Assembly: GCF_001194135.2 (NCBI RefSeq)
Contig: NC_069001.1
Location: 20,409,038-20,473,037 of the forward strand
Length of the DNA stretch: 64,000 nucleotides
Reading direction: 5' to 3'
Origin: Octopus bimaculoides
Lineage: Eukaryota
This document shows, one piece after another, positions 46,430-60,106 of the stretch. The translations under genes and the position numbers were made by a program. The notes beneath the pieces are model-generated. The model was not told where the DNA came from and searched no databases. It saw nothing but the letters and a program-made list of their open reading frames with translations. The first letter of the stretch is position 1. Each line of letters starts with the position of its first letter.

Positions 46430-46686
46430 TTACAGGTTCAGTCCCACTGTATATCACCTTGGGCAATTTTCTTCTTCTATAGCCTCAGCTTACCAAAGCC
46501 GTGTGAGTGGATTTGGTAGATGGAAACTAAAGGAAGCCTGTCATATGTATATGTATCTATGTGTGTCTTTGTGTCTGTATTTGTCCCCCACCCTTGTGTG
46601 ACAACTGATGTTGGTGCATTTATGCTCTTGTAACTTAGTGGTTCAGCGAAATAGACCAATAGAATAAGTACCAGGCTTAAAAAAAG
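46430..46686 (+). mobile_element. SINE family A, split by a pogo insertion (continues at about 49892-49975)
   Basis: ggttcagtcccactg..ccttgggcaa..gtgagtggatttggtaga..gaataagtaccaggc. The tail part agtactggggttgatt..ggtgccccagcatg resumes right after the pogo TIR. Confidence 0.8.
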
Positions 46687-46688
46687 TA

Positions 46689-49600
46689 CTTTATTTTAAT
46701 GTGTATAAGGAACCCCCTAATTTTTGGGGCTTAAAATTTGGAAAAAGGTTTTGTAAGGGATTAGGTAAATTTTAATAAGTGCACCTGCACTTATCGAGTA
46801 ATGCGTTTCATGAATAAAATCTAAAATATCTTAAATGATACTAATGAGACGTTTTTCATCTCTNNNNNNNNNNNNNNNNNNNNNNNNNNNNNNNNNNNNN
46901 NNNNNNNNNNNNNNNNNNNNNNNNNNNNNNNNNNNNNNNNNNNNNNNNNNNNNNNNNNNNNNNNNNNNNNNNNNNNNNNNNNNNNNNNNNNNNNNNNNNN
47001 NNNNNNNNNNNNNNNNNNNNNNNNNNNNNNNNNNNNNNNNNNNNNNNNNNNNNNNNNNNNNNNNNNNNNNNNNNNNNNNNNNNNNNNNNNNNNNNNNNNN
47101 NNNNNNNNNNNNNNNNNNNNNNNNNNNNNNNNNNNNNNNNNNNNNNNNNNNNNNNNNNNNNNNNNNNNNNNNNNNNNNNNNNNNNNNNNNNNNNNNNNNN
47201 NNNNNNNNNNNNNNNNNNNNNNNNNNNNNNNNNNNNNNNNNNNNNNNNNNNNNNNNNNNNNNNNNNNNNNNNNNNNNNNNNNNNNNNNNNNNNNNNNNNN
47301 NNNNNNNNNNNNNNNNNNNNNNNNNNNNNNNNNNNNNNNNNNNNNNNNNNNNNNNNNNNNNNNNNNNNNNNNNNNNNNNNNNNNNNNNNNNNNNNNNNNN
47401 NNNNNNNNNNNNNNNNNNNNNNNNNNNNNNNNNNNNNNNNNNNNNNNNNNNNNNNNNNNNNNNNNNNNNNNNNNNNNNNNNNNNNNNNNNNNNNNNNNNN
47501 NNNNNNNNNNNNNNNNNNNNNNNNNNNNNNNNNNNNNNNNNNNNNNNNNNNNNNNNNNNNNNNNNNNNNNNNNNNNNNNNNNNNNNNNNNNNNNNNNNNN
47601 NNNNNNNNNNNNNNNNNNNNNNNNNNNNNNNNNNNNNNNNNNNNNNNNNNNNNCGAGGGTTCCACCCCAACCCCAACCCCCAATTTCCTGATAAAAATTG
47701 TTTTGTGGCATATTAGGTCACCATAATTCATTCAATGACAAAAAAAAATTTCCAATGATTCCGGGATAAGGGCAGGTGGGGTGGGGTGGGGGGATCACAC
47801 ACTCTCTTTTTTCCTACCAAAAATAAGGGGATTGCGGCATATTAGGAGGTCAGGGTACTTGATTCCAGGCAAAAAAAATCCAAGGTTTTTCTTTTTTTTT
47901 TTTTTAGTGAAATGCATGCAGATATACTTATCAAAATTTACCATGTATACCCTTAAGAAGAATATTAATAAATTATCTTCACTAGTTAAGTTTTATCAAA
48001 AATATTTTTTATTAATCATAGAAACCATTACATTCACCATCACTCTTATCTAATACATCATAATCAGATACAACTACTGGTAGTTCATTATCATCAAAGT
48101 CACTCTCATTGTAAATTGCATCATCCCCCATACCATCCATGTTGTCGCTTATGCAGCACTTTTTAAAGGCCTTTACAATCACTTCTTTCTTCACACCATT
48201 CCATGAATTCTTCACCCAGCCACAAACTTCACTGATTGTTGGCTTCCTAACTTTTCTTGTTGGTGTTAGGTTGCATCTACTTGCTTCATCCATTTATTTC
48301 TCATTAGTTCCTTGAATGGTTTGTTGATACTGACATCCAGAGATTGAAGTTGGCTTGTCAGGCCACCAGGAATAACTGCCAATTGAGTTTCTGGTTTTTT
48401 TTTGCCAACTTTTTGTTTCATCAGCCCTGAACTGATCTAACACTAACATAGATGGCTTCTTAAAAAGGTTCCCAAGTCTTTTACTCCAAATCTTCTTGAA
48501 CCAAAGCATCATACCATCTTGATCCATCCAGCTCTTTGCATGAACATGCACAAGAACTCCTTCTGGTAGCTTCTCCTTTGGAAGTGTCTTCCTTTTGAAA
48601 ATGAACATGGGTGGTAACTGGGTACCATCAGCACAGCATGCCAGGAAAACTGTATAATGAGTCTTCTCATGTTCACTTGATGGCCACTGTTTTGGCCCCT
48701 TTTTGATTCACAATTTTGTTGGAAGGAACATCAAAGGTAAGTGGAACTTTGTCCATATTTGCTATGTGGCAAAGTTCAAAGTTGGTATTCTTGCGTAATT
48801 TAATGATATAAGTATGAAACTTTTTTCTTAAGCACCAGGCATCATCTGAGCAAGCTTGGTTCTAGTCCATAGACTCAAGCCATTCCTCTTCATAAAACAG
48901 AAGCACCAGATGGGTGTGCCTTTAAAATCAGTTGTTTCTTCTGTCTCTTGTCCTTTCTCTTTGCTCTTTTTTATCTCCTGAGCAATTCTTCTTCCTTGAT
49001 CGATGAGGATCCTTATCAAAACAAATGCACCAGTTTGCCTTTGGCTTTTGACCCAGTGTTTGAATTTTTCCTCCAGATTTGGTAACCTTGCCTTTTTGCC
49101 TCATGCTACTCTCTTCATCCTTGGCATCTCTAAAAGTTCATCTTTGTGCTTTCTCCACAGTCCAATCATGGCAGCCATAGGAGGAGGTCCAAACTCTCTT
49201 GCTGCAGCTTTATTTCCATGCTCCTTTGCAAACTGAATCACTTTCAATTTGAAATTTGCAGGATATGAAATGCGCTTTTTATTCTCCGACATTTTTACGC
49301 TAATAGAAAACAAAAATCTATAAAAAGAATAATGCAGGATCAATTTAGATAACAGTAGACAATACCTAAGATTGTGTCTCAGTTTAATTTCCATATTTGG
49401 TTATGCTACATTCATGCCTATTTCAGTGTGAACTGCATTGTCAGATATGGCTATTGAGCATGCTTGCTGTCTCTGATAGTTTGTATGACCTTCGTATGTG
49501 GCCTGAGTTTTTTAAAAAGTGTTACTGTTTGCACTTGCATGCTCACTCACAATTTTAAATACAATATAGAACTTTCATGTCAATACAAAAATACGGATCT

Positions 49601-49889
49601 AACAGTCTCAGTGAGCACGAGTAAGTACTGTTTGGCAGATGATTGTCGTTCATGATGGCTACTTTATGTGCATGCCATTGCTTGATGGATAGCGACTCAT
49701 CTAATAGGACATCACAACCCGTTGGGTGTTGGCCTGAGGCTTGCGATGTTACAAGTTATGGAGATTTGAGGTTCGAGGAATTTAGTAATTTATTAATATC
49801 TATAATACTATCCATGTATAAGAAACTCTCATATTTTTTAAACCTAATTTTTAACAAAAAGAGGGTTCCTTATACATGTTAAAATACGG
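46689..49889 (-). mobile_element. Full-length pogo/Tigger DNA transposon with decayed transposase (about 49292 to 48012)
   Basis: TIRs ctttattttaatgtgtataaggaaccc / gggttccttatacatgttaaaatacgg with TA TSD. Brinker-type DNA-binding start YPANFKLKVIQFAKEHGNKAAAREF, a CENP-B-type HTH, and DDE_1 motifs NMDKVP, LVLDQFRA and SLDVSINKP. Contains a 790-N gap. Confidence 0.9.
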
Positions 49890-50136
49890 TAAGTACTGGG
49901 GTTGATTGAGTCAGCTAAAATATTCTCCAAGGTGGTGCCCCAGCATGACTGCAGAAAGAAATAAAAAGAAAAACAGAAAAAGAAAGATATATGTATATCT
50001 GCGGAGTGGTTGGTGTTTGGAAGAGCATCCAGCCATAAAATCTGTGCCAAAACAGACACAGTAACCTGGCTGGCTCCTGTCAACCATCCTACCCATGCAT
50101 GCATGGAAGATGGACATTAAATGGTGATGATGATTA

Positions 50137-50182
<46 letters not shown>

Positions 50183-51299
50183 TGAATCGTTGACTGGGAC
50201 TGGTATAATGAAAGTCCATTCACTAATACTCAACTCACCCACTTAGTGTTGTTCTTGCATTACTACTCTACCCTCCCACATAACAAGTGTCCTTGTATTA
50301 CTCTTCCATGCTTCCATATAACAGATGTCTCTGTGTTAATACTCTACTCTCTCACATAACATGAAGTCTTTGTGTTACTCTATTTTCCGATGTGATGTGT
50401 GTCCATGCATTAATATTCATCCCGTTGATGCCATTTAATACTAGAATATTAAAATAACTCAAAATTTATTTACAGTCAAGTTTAGCAATAGTGAAATAAT
50501 TTGGGTGAAAGATTGTAGATCAGTATTGAATGGTTTTGCTTATTCGAATATTTTATTTATTGGCAATCCATTCAAATTTTATTTTAGCTGCAATATTTTA
50601 AGCTCTTTTCTTTTATTTTAGGCTTACTTCTTGTCCTGTACTTTTCTAGGTTTATTAAATACTTAAGAATATTGTTATCCCTTGCTCACATTTTTCATTC
50701 TAGTCCACTCTTTTTACAGGTGATGCAGAAAAATTAATAGTTTTTATTCTAATAGTAAATTTCATATTATTTCATTTCTTATTGATCATTAATTGATGCC
50801 TATTCATTTTTGTTAGAAATTCTAAATTGAATAGCACTTTCTTTACATTGAATATTATGAAGTTTGCCCATTTAGAATTAATTTTTTAATTAATACTAAT
50901 CAGAAATAAATTTTTTTAAAAAGAGAGTAATGATAAAAAGATATATATAAAGCACTAATTATGAGCAATGAGGAATCAAATGAATTAGGAGAGAAGGTCA
51001 ACTAAAAAAAAGCAAAACAATTACAGACTGGATTTTCTGATTGCCTTGTATTGACAAGTTGTTATTTAAGTATCTTTGTAATTGCAAGTAAGACAGGTAT
51101 TTTACAACTGGCAATTATAGAAAGCTGTATAACTTTTTTTCTCTTTAATATATTTTTATGAGGTTAGCATGAAAAGATACATCTGGTAGAGATCTGTCAT
51201 TTGAATACAAATAAAGTATAGTTTGTTTTTCAAATGGCTGAAATATTTTCAGTTAAAGTCGATCTTAAGGGCTACCTACCCATATTTTGGCTACTTAAG

Positions 51300-54200
51300 C
51301 TGCATAACTTTTTTCTCATTATCCTGTGTATGACTATAAACTACATCTGGTAGGGGACACTGGGGTCCTGTTTTCAGGGTTTGAGGAGTGTGGACCCACC
51401 TCTTAGCCACTATTGTTCCCAGGTCTACTCTGGCCCGGAGTGGTAGCACCTGTAAGGGTCCCAGCTATGGGTTAACTAGCAAATCCCCCTGTGACTGACG
51501 GCGGGGGGGAGGGGGTTCCAGTAGATTGCAGTTGTCGTATTCCCTGCATGGCATAAGAGGCAACTAAAAGGGGCGGGAGTGAGGGGACTGGAAATCCTCT
51601 CCTAGTAAATCCATATTCCTAAAAAGACAGCAAGAACAAGACAAGTGGGTGGGAGAAGGTTAATACCCAATCTCACCCTAGTACTAGAGTCATGGAACGT
51701 GCGTGGGTGTTGTAAAAGTGAGGTAAAGAGGAGAGAGATAGGGAGTGTGATGATGAGGAGAAGGATAGATGTGTTGGCACTGGGCGAGACTAAGATGAAA
51801 GGTAAGGGAGAGTATCAGTTTGGGGATGTGACTGGACGAATGTCGGGAATGGGAGTGGGGAGGGCTCGTGTGGGAGTGTCATTGCTGATGAGTGAGCATG
51901 TGAAGAAGAGTGTGGTGGAGTGGACGGAAATCTCTTCAAAATTAATGTTGGTGTTTTTTAGTGCATTTGGTCCACGGAGTTAAAGATGTGAAGAAGAAGT
52001 AGAGGAGTTCTGGAGGGAACTGACAGAATGTGTGGATAGGGTGGAGAAAAGTGGTTATGTGGTGGTGTTGGGTGATTTGAATGCACGAGTGGGAAATGAG
52101 GAAGTAGAAAGTGTAGTAGGAAAATATAGTGTTACTGGTTGGAATGAGAGTGGGAGGAGGTTGCTGGAAATGTGTGTGGAGCAGGAGTTGGTGGTGGGGA
52201 ACAGTTTTTTTTTTAAAGTGGGAGAAGAGTAAGTTCAACTGGTGGAGGGTGGAGAAAGAAACAGTAGTGGATAAGGCCTTGATGGATTATATGTTAATTA
52301 ATAAAAGAGTGGTAGGAAGATTAGTAGATGTGCATGTAACGAGAGGTGGAGGTGGAGGTGTGCCAGATCACTTCTTAGTACAGGGTAAGTTGAAGGTATG
52401 CTCAAAATGGAGTGCTAGATGAGTGACAGGGAGGAGAGAGGCTGTGAAGGTGAGTGAACTGAATAGGAGAGAGAAGGAGCAGGAGTATGTAGAGAAACTG
52501 AGAGGGGAATATGAACAGGTGAGGAAATGGGAGGAAATGTGGAGGAGGAGTGGGAGGCTTTTAGAGAGGCAGTAATGAGGTGCACCTCTGAGGTGTGTGG
52601 TACACAAGTTGTTAGAATGGGTGTGAGTGGTGGAATGGGCAGGTAAGGCAGAGAAGAAAAGGGCCTTTGAAGAGTGGTTGCAGAAAGGGGATGGAAAGGC
52701 TTATGATCGCTGCAGAGAAGTGAAGAGGAGAATAAAGAGAGTGGTGAGGGTGGCGAAAAGGGAGGCGAGAGAAAGGTTTGGGAAAAAGTAGAGTGAAAAT
52801 TTTGTAAGAAATAAAAAGATGGTTTGGAAAGAGGTACAGAGGGTAAGAAAGGTGGTTGGAGGAAGAGAAGGTGGTTGGAGGAAGGGGAGGTGGTTGGAGG
52901 AAGGGGAGGTGGTTGGAGGAAGGGGAGGTGNNNNNNNNNNNNNNNNNNNNNNNNNNNNNNNNNNNNNNNNNNNNNNNNNNNNNNNNNNNNNNNNNNNNNN
53001 NNNNNNNNNNNNNNNNNNNNNNNNNNNNNNNNNNNNNNNNNNNNNNNNNNNNNNNNNNNNNNNNNNNNNNNNNNNNNNNNNNNNNNNNNNNNNNNNNNNN
53101 NNNNNNNNNNNNNNNNNNNNNNNNNNNNNNNNNNNNNNNNNNNNNNNNNNNNNNNNNNNNNNNNNNNNNNNNNNNNNNNNNNNNNNNNNNNNNNNNNNNN
53201 NNNNNNNNNNNNNNNNNNNNNNNNNNNNNNNNNNNNNNNNNNNNNNNNNNNNNNNNNNNNNNNNNNNNNNNNNNNNNNNNNNNNNNNNNNNNNNNNNNNN
53301 NNNNNNNNNNNNNNNNNNNNNNNNNNNNNNNNNNNNNNNNNNNNNNNNNNNNNNNNNNNNNNNNNNNNNNNNNNNNNNNNNNNNNNNNNNNNNNNNNNNN
53401 NNNNNNNNNNNNNNNNNNNNNNNNNNNNNNNNNNNNNNNTGGAGGAAGGGGAGGTGGTTGGAGGAAGGGAAGGTGGTTGGAGGAAGGGAAGGTGGTTGGA
53501 GGAAGGGGAGGTGGTTGGAGGAAGGGAAGGTGGTTGGAGGAAGGGGAGGTGGTTGGAGGAAGGGAAGGTGGTTGGGGAGGGATGTAAATGGAAATTTCTT
53601 GAAAGGAAGTGAGGATGTACAAATGAGATGGGCAGAGTATTTTGATGAGCTGTTAAATGTGGAGGATGTTAGTAGGAGGAGAGAGGAGAATGCCTGTTGT
53701 TGGGGAGTGGATCTACTGAGGAGGTGAGGGAATCCTTGCAGAAGATGGCAAACCAGAAGGCATCAGGTATAGATGGGTGTACAATGGAATGCTTAAAGAA
53801 AGGAGGAGTGACAGTGATTGAATGGTTAGTGAGGCCTATGAATGTTTGTTATATGGCAGGAAGAGTACCAAAGGACTGGTGCAGTGCCTGTATAGTACCA
53901 TTATACAAGGGGAAAGGTGATAAATGTGAGTGTGGAAATTTTAGGGATATAAGTCTGTTGTGTGTGGTTGGTAAGCTGTATGGGAGAATTATGACTGTAA
54001 GGTCGTAAGGGTGAGGAATCAGACAGAGAGTGAACTAGGGGAGGAACAGTGCAGTTTTAGGAATGGAAGTGGGTGTGCAAATCAAATATTTATAGTAAGG
54101 CAGATGTGTGAGAAGTTTTTGGCAAAAAGGAGGGAGGTGTATTGGGCCTTGAAGGCATATGACTGTGTGAATAGGGTGTTGCAGTTGTATGGAGTAGATG

Positions 54201-55430
54201 GTAGATTGTTGAGAGCTGTTCAGAGCTTTTTATAGAGAAAGTAAGGCATATGTTAGGGTGGGTGGTGAAGTAAGTGAGTAGTTTGATGTGAAGGTGGGGT
54301 TAATAAGACAGGCTTGTGTGATGTCTCTATAGTTGTTTAATTTATATATGAATGGTGTGGTGAGAGAGGTAAATGCTAGAACCTTTGGTAGGGGAACCCA
54401 AATGGTAGGAGAAAATGGAGAGAAATGGCAAGTGAATCAGTTGTTGTTTGCTGATGATACAGCACTGGCGGCAGATTCAGAAGAGTAACTGAGGAGACTG
54501 GTGGTGGAGTTTGGAAGAGTGTGTGAGAGGAGGAAACTGAAAGTGAATGTAGCTAAGAGTAAGGTGATGAGATGTTCAAGAGATGGAATGGCTGGTAGGA
54601 TGGATGTGGGTATAAATGGTGAGATGTTAGAGGAGGTAAGTGTTTTTAAGTATTTGAGATTACACGTGATAGCGGATGGGGGTGGTGGTGGCTGAGGAAG
54701 TGGGATATAGTGTGAGGAAGGGGAGTAAGATACTTGGAGTTATGAAAGGTATGCTGAGAGATAAAAGGTCGAGTATGAAAGTGAAAAGAGATGTGTACGA
54801 GGGCATGATTGTGCCAACAATATTATATGGTGCAGAGACGTGGGGGGGGGGGGCTGAGAGAAGCAGAAAGGAGCCAACAAGATGTGTTTGAGATAAGATG
54901 TCTGAGGGCTATGGTTGGTGTGATACGGATGACAGGATGAAGAATGAGGAAGTACGAAGGCGGGCAATAATGATAGAAAAACTAACAACCAAAATGGATA
55001 GACGAATGTTTAGGTGGTTTGGCTACATGGAGAGGATGGATGAGGAGCGGGTGGTAAGGAGAGTGATGAAGGCAGAAGTGGTTGGCAGCAGAACCTCTAT
55101 TTTTGTGGATGGATGGAATGAGGAAAGCTTTGGTGGTTAGAGGTGTTGGAGTGAGAGAGACAAGAGATTTTATAAATGATAGGAAAGTTTGGAGAGTGTT
55201 TGTGGATGGATGAGTGAATTTGATGTTGCTCAAAGTGATACAGAACCAGGATGATGTGGTGGAGGTAAACCAGCATATGCTGTTGGGCTCCACTGTTGAT
55301 ATTGAGGGTTGCGTTCTATGCCTTGACCTGAGCATAGGATGGGGCTTGCCACTTTGAGCTGGGAAATGAATGGAATGTGTCTTGTTGTGGCTACCCCGTC
55401 TTAAAGAAATGGGGAATAGGCCTGGGTGTA
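51300..55430 (+). mobile_element. Near full-length RTE LINE, decayed
   Basis: APE motifs SWNVRG, LGETKMKG, VLGDLNARVG, MDYMLI and DHFLV. RT motifs KASGIDG, PLYKGKGD, EEQCSFR and LLFADDTAL. C-terminal RWFGYMERM. Confidence 0.92.
52851..53580. repeat. 19-bp minisatellite (GGTGGTTGGAGGAAGGGGA)n inside RTE ORF2
   Basis: Repeated units with A/G variants on both sides of a 509-N gap. Confidence 0.9.
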
Positions 55431-55823
55431 TATATTTAATATCTTTTAACAAGGTTTTCATCAAAAAATTCTACTCAATGAGTTCTCTTAAATAGTTGTA
55501 ATTAAAATATAGTTTTTCTTTTAAATAACTGAGAAATTACAAGTCAAATTGAATATTAGGTGTTACTCTCCCATTTTTGGCCCTACATTTTTTTCTGCTG
55601 AACCAAACATCGATTATTTTATATCAAAATGTAGCTTACCACTGGTCCATCATAATGCAAAAAACCCGAACTAAGAGCGAGCTAAAACTGAATTAGCTGT
55701 AAAGTGTTAAATTGGCTGTGAGTGAGTAAAAGTTGACCATAAGAATAATGCACTAATGTAGGTTACCTCATTCACAGTCAATGCTCTAATGTACTTTTCA
55801 TTACTGCTCCCTCCCCAATGCCT

Positions 55824-55944
<121 letters not shown>

Positions 55945-56516
55945 CCATCAGTAATGAAACTTTATGTTAATTAGAGGATTGAAACAGGAATTGCTTTTTT
56001 AAATTTTTTATATTAGTGCTGTTAATAGTCACAATAGCAGCATAGCAACAACAATAGCTCTAAATACCCTTTGTAAGTTAAACAAAAAAATCAGTGGTAG
56101 TTAAATGAAAAAAACAAACATTTGAGGAATTATCAGGTTACTATGGTAGCATTTGTAGTCATGACAGCTGTTTACAGTGACAGCAACAGGTGTGGATCTT
56201 CTCAAATAAGCAAGATAAGAGCATAATAGGTATAAACAAAAAGAGAAAATATATAAATACATTCGCACACATGCATGTATATATATTCAATTGGCAGAAC
56301 ATATGAGAACATTTGTGAAACAATAAACAAAATATTATGCAATGATCTGCTGCCATGAAAACATTTTAGTCTCAACCACTCAAGACATATGACAAAAACC
56401 ACTCATAGAATAATAATGTATATCTTATAAATTCAATTAAATACAGTACTACACATATCAGATTAAATATAAACCAATATAGCTACAATATACACCTATA
56501 AGACTCCCACATGTTA

Positions 56517-56570
<54 letters not shown>

Positions 56571-56572
<2 letters not shown>

Positions 56573-59500
56573 ATTTATTGTCTTTGCACAGCTTCTATCA
56601 CTGGATATATACTATGGTGCCAGTTGTTCACTACCAGTGAACTAAGGTAACACTCCTTATTTTTTGAGCACCATTTGGAGTATTCAAGTGGTTCTAAGCA
56701 GTGCTGTTTTCGGCGAGTGCTCCACCCTTATTGCAGCCCCAATTTGTTCCACATACTTCACAAGATTTTTGCTCACAGTTTCCAGGGCTCCGACAATTAT
56801 TGGTACTACTACCACCTTTTTCATCGACCACAACTGCTTAACCTCCCAAGCTAACCTGTCATATCTATTGACCTTTCTTCCTTATCGCACACCTTGTTAT
56901 CAGCTGAGCATGCTATATCTATGATCCCGCATAGTTTGTTTTCTTTCTCAATTAAGACTATGTCTGGCTTCCTATTCTCTATCTCATGGTCGCACTGAAT
57001 CATAAAATCCCATAGGATCTTTGCATTATCATTTTCGATGATGCCTTTAGGCTTATGTTCTTATCACTCTTTTGCTCTGTCAAGTTCATACTTGTTGCAA
57101 AGTGTCCAATGGACAATCCTTACTATATTGTCATGACATATGTTATATTCTTTCTGGGCTAGTGGCATACATTGACTGGTAATATGCCATATGGTTTCAC
57201 CGTTTTGTCCACAGATTCTGCACTTATCACTTTCTGATGTGTTGTCTATTCTGTATTTGATGTAATTCGTTCTTAGTGCTGGCTCTTGGGCAGCACAGAT
57301 TAGAGAATCCGTTTCCAGTTTTAAATCACTTAGCCATCGTTTTTATCTGTCTGTCTTATCATCAAGATCCCTATGAAATTGTCCATGCATTCTTTTCTTT
57401 ATCCACCTGTTTTCAGTTTCCTTCATTCTCATGTACTTATACCGTGCTTTATCTTTGCAATCTTCCATCCTACCTTCTTACTTCCAATAATAGTGGTTCT
57501 GTAGCATTTTTTACATACCATGCTATGTTGCTTTCTTCTGCTCTAACACTGTGTTTTCATCCAATCAGTCCACTTTCCTCTCTTTTTCTTGGTACATACA
57601 GTCTGTTTGTGTCACTTCCTTGTCTTTCAGTCTAAGCTGTTTAATTCATCTACTGTCCTGCTCCATATCTAGGGAGGGAAATCACCCCAGAGTTGATAGC
57701 TTCAATCTTATTCCGTCCATTTAATTTCGACTTGAAGATCCATCTCAGTCTGCACAAGTACTCCACCTTAAATTTTTCTACCATCTCTTTCTCCCCTCAA
57801 TTTATCCATTTCTAATATCCCCAAATACTTATAGCCCATCTCTTTTATCTGCTTCATAACCTCCCCTGACGGATTCGCTAGCCCGTCCATACATTTGATT
57901 TGGCCTCTCTTCAAGATTAACACACCACAATTTTTCAATCCGAACTTCATTCTGATATCAGCACTGAAGGTATACACCATATCAATGGGGGAACTGACTT
58001 GGGATTCATCTTTACCATAAAGTTTGAGGTCATCCATGAATAACAAGTGGTTGACTTTTTGTTGGCTGCTTTTGAATACATACCCAGCCTTTGCTTTCCT
58101 CAGAATCAGTGTTAGTGGCATCATGCACAGTACAAAGATCAATGGGGATAGGCAGTCCCCTTGGAAGATGCCTCTCCTGATTTCTATTGTTCCTAAACTT
58201 CTTCCATATGTTGTCAGTTCTGTTCTCCAATTCGCCATACTTTTTCCAAGCAATCACTCAATATTTGATGCAATACCAAATAGATTCATACTTTCCATAA
58301 TCCAAGAACGTGGGATCATGTCATACGCCTTACAATAATTGATCCATGACATAGCTAAGTTAGTTTTCCTCCTCTTGCAGTCTCTAAGCACAGTTTTGTC
58401 TACCAGGAGTTGATCCTTGATACCTCTACACTTTTGCTTCTATTCATGTGGAAGGACTCCATTTTTTCCAGATGCACATTGACTCTGTAACTATTCCAGT
58501 CAATAACTTCCACATAAGTGGCAAGCAGAATATCGGCCAGTAATTGTCTACCATATTGCCTTTTTTGATGTTTTTCAAGCACAGCACTCTCCTACCCATT
58601 GTCAACCACTCTGATGTTACTTGGTTGGCATTTAACAAAGTGTTGAGTTGTGCAGCTATTCGTGCATGACATATATCAAATCTTTTGATCCCGTAGCCTT
58701 GAACTCAATCTGGTCCTGGGGCCTTCCAGTTGTCTATTTTTTTGCTGATTTCCTTCACTTCCCTAACTGAAATGACTAGTTCTGCCTGTTTTGGACAGAC
58801 TACTGTTTGATTCAGTTCTTGCAACCATTCAGCATCCTTCTTGTGCTCCTTGTCTTTGCTCCAAATGTAACTCCAAATCCTTTGACTTTTAATGTTATCT
58901 GGTATCAACTTTTCATCTGTACACTCTCCATTTATTTCTTTATAGAGTCTCTTCTGATCTATTCTGGTAACCCTTCATTCTTTGGTCGTATTTTACCATC
59001 TTTGCTTTCTTTACAATGAGGTGCTGTTTCAGTTCCTCCATTACTACTTTCAGCCCCTTTCTTTCAATAATATACTTCCTGTTCAGTACCCTGTATTTTT
59101 GTTCACTTTTAAGCTCCCCCTTTTCTTTTTGGCCGCTCATAGAAATGTCTTTCAAGAGTATATCTAACCCCACCTGTATTCTTCTTTTCCACCATCTTTT
59201 CTTTTGTCACTCCCATTATATCTCTTTTTCTTGACATCAACATCAACATTTTCAGCAACAACAATACTTTCTGCCTTGATCAAATTATTTGTTTCTGTGA
59301 TGCTTTTTGTTCTGATGCATTTCAGAATTTCATTCACATTTTTTGTTTCTTAGTACAATTTCCACCAATCAACCATTTTAAGGTTGCAAATAATGTCACT
59401 ATCGTTCTCCTGGTGTTCATCTTAGGGGATACTGACAATGTATGTATGATCAATGGAGAGAAAGAGGGTTGTTTCAACTCATGGAACAGAGATTATATGA

Positions 59501-59741
59501 TCAAGCTAGAGCAATAAGAAAAAATTGTTGGCTTAAAAGATGGGTATTTGAAAACAGCAGCAGAGGAAGCAATGAAAATACAGTTCCTACTGATAAAAGT
59601 AATCTCATAGCAGAAAACAGAGGTGAAAACTCTAATAAATCACGGGAAAGGAACAGTGATAGCTTGCTCAGTGAGTGACGTATAAATGGTTTGGAAGAAG
59701 ACAATAAAACTAATGGTGACATGACAGATGGGCAAAAGACA
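56571..59741 (-). mobile_element. R4/Dong-type LINE copy 2, with intact 3' end and an inverted 5' segment (59424-59741)
   Basis: 3' end aataaatatt followed by (AAT)n on the minus strand. RLE, zinc knuckle and RT (ORF 57768-58253: FQGDCLSP, LFMDDLKLY). The upstream N-terminal piece lies on the + strand. (ATT)n on both flanks. Confidence 0.9.
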
Positions 59742-59975
59742 TTATTATTATTATTATTTTATTTCTTTATTGCCTAGAGAGGACAAACAAGGACAGACAA
59801 AGGGATTAAGTCGATTACATCAACCCCAGTGCATAACTGGTACTTATTTAATTGACCCTGAAAGGATGAAAGGCAAAGTCAACCTCGGCAGAATTTGGAA
59901 TCAGAACATAGCGGCAGACGAAATACTGCTAAGCATTTTGCCTGGCGTGCTAATGATTCTGCCATCTCACCGCCC
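59741..59975 (-). mobile_element. SINE family B with (AAT)n tail
   Basis: Reverse complement of the 23221-23430 family (actggtacttatttaattgaccctgaaaggatgaaaggc). Confidence 0.85.
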
Positions 59976-59976
59976 T

Positions 59977-60025
<49 letters not shown>

Positions 60026-60047
60026 CTATTACTATTACTATTACTAT

Positions 60048-60105
<58 letters not shown>
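59976..60105. repeat. Compound (ATC)n-(ACT/ATT)n microsatellite
   Basis: Direct reading of the sequence. Confidence 0.95.

Positions 60106-60106
<1 letters not shown>

Noticed and set aside
46821-47731. Long ORFs of 281-296 aa in the ORF track
   Set aside because: They are artefacts of the 790-N gap. The same applies to 52612-53727, 11808-12064 and 41536-42002.
51520-51590. Possible HDV-like ribozyme in the RTE 5' UTR (gtcgtattccctgcatggcataagaggcaactaaaagggg)
   Set aside because: It is reminiscent of a motif I recall from RTE 5' ends, but I could not build the P1/P2/P3/P1.1 nested pseudoknot from this copy. An HDV descriptor search on the family consensus would be needed.
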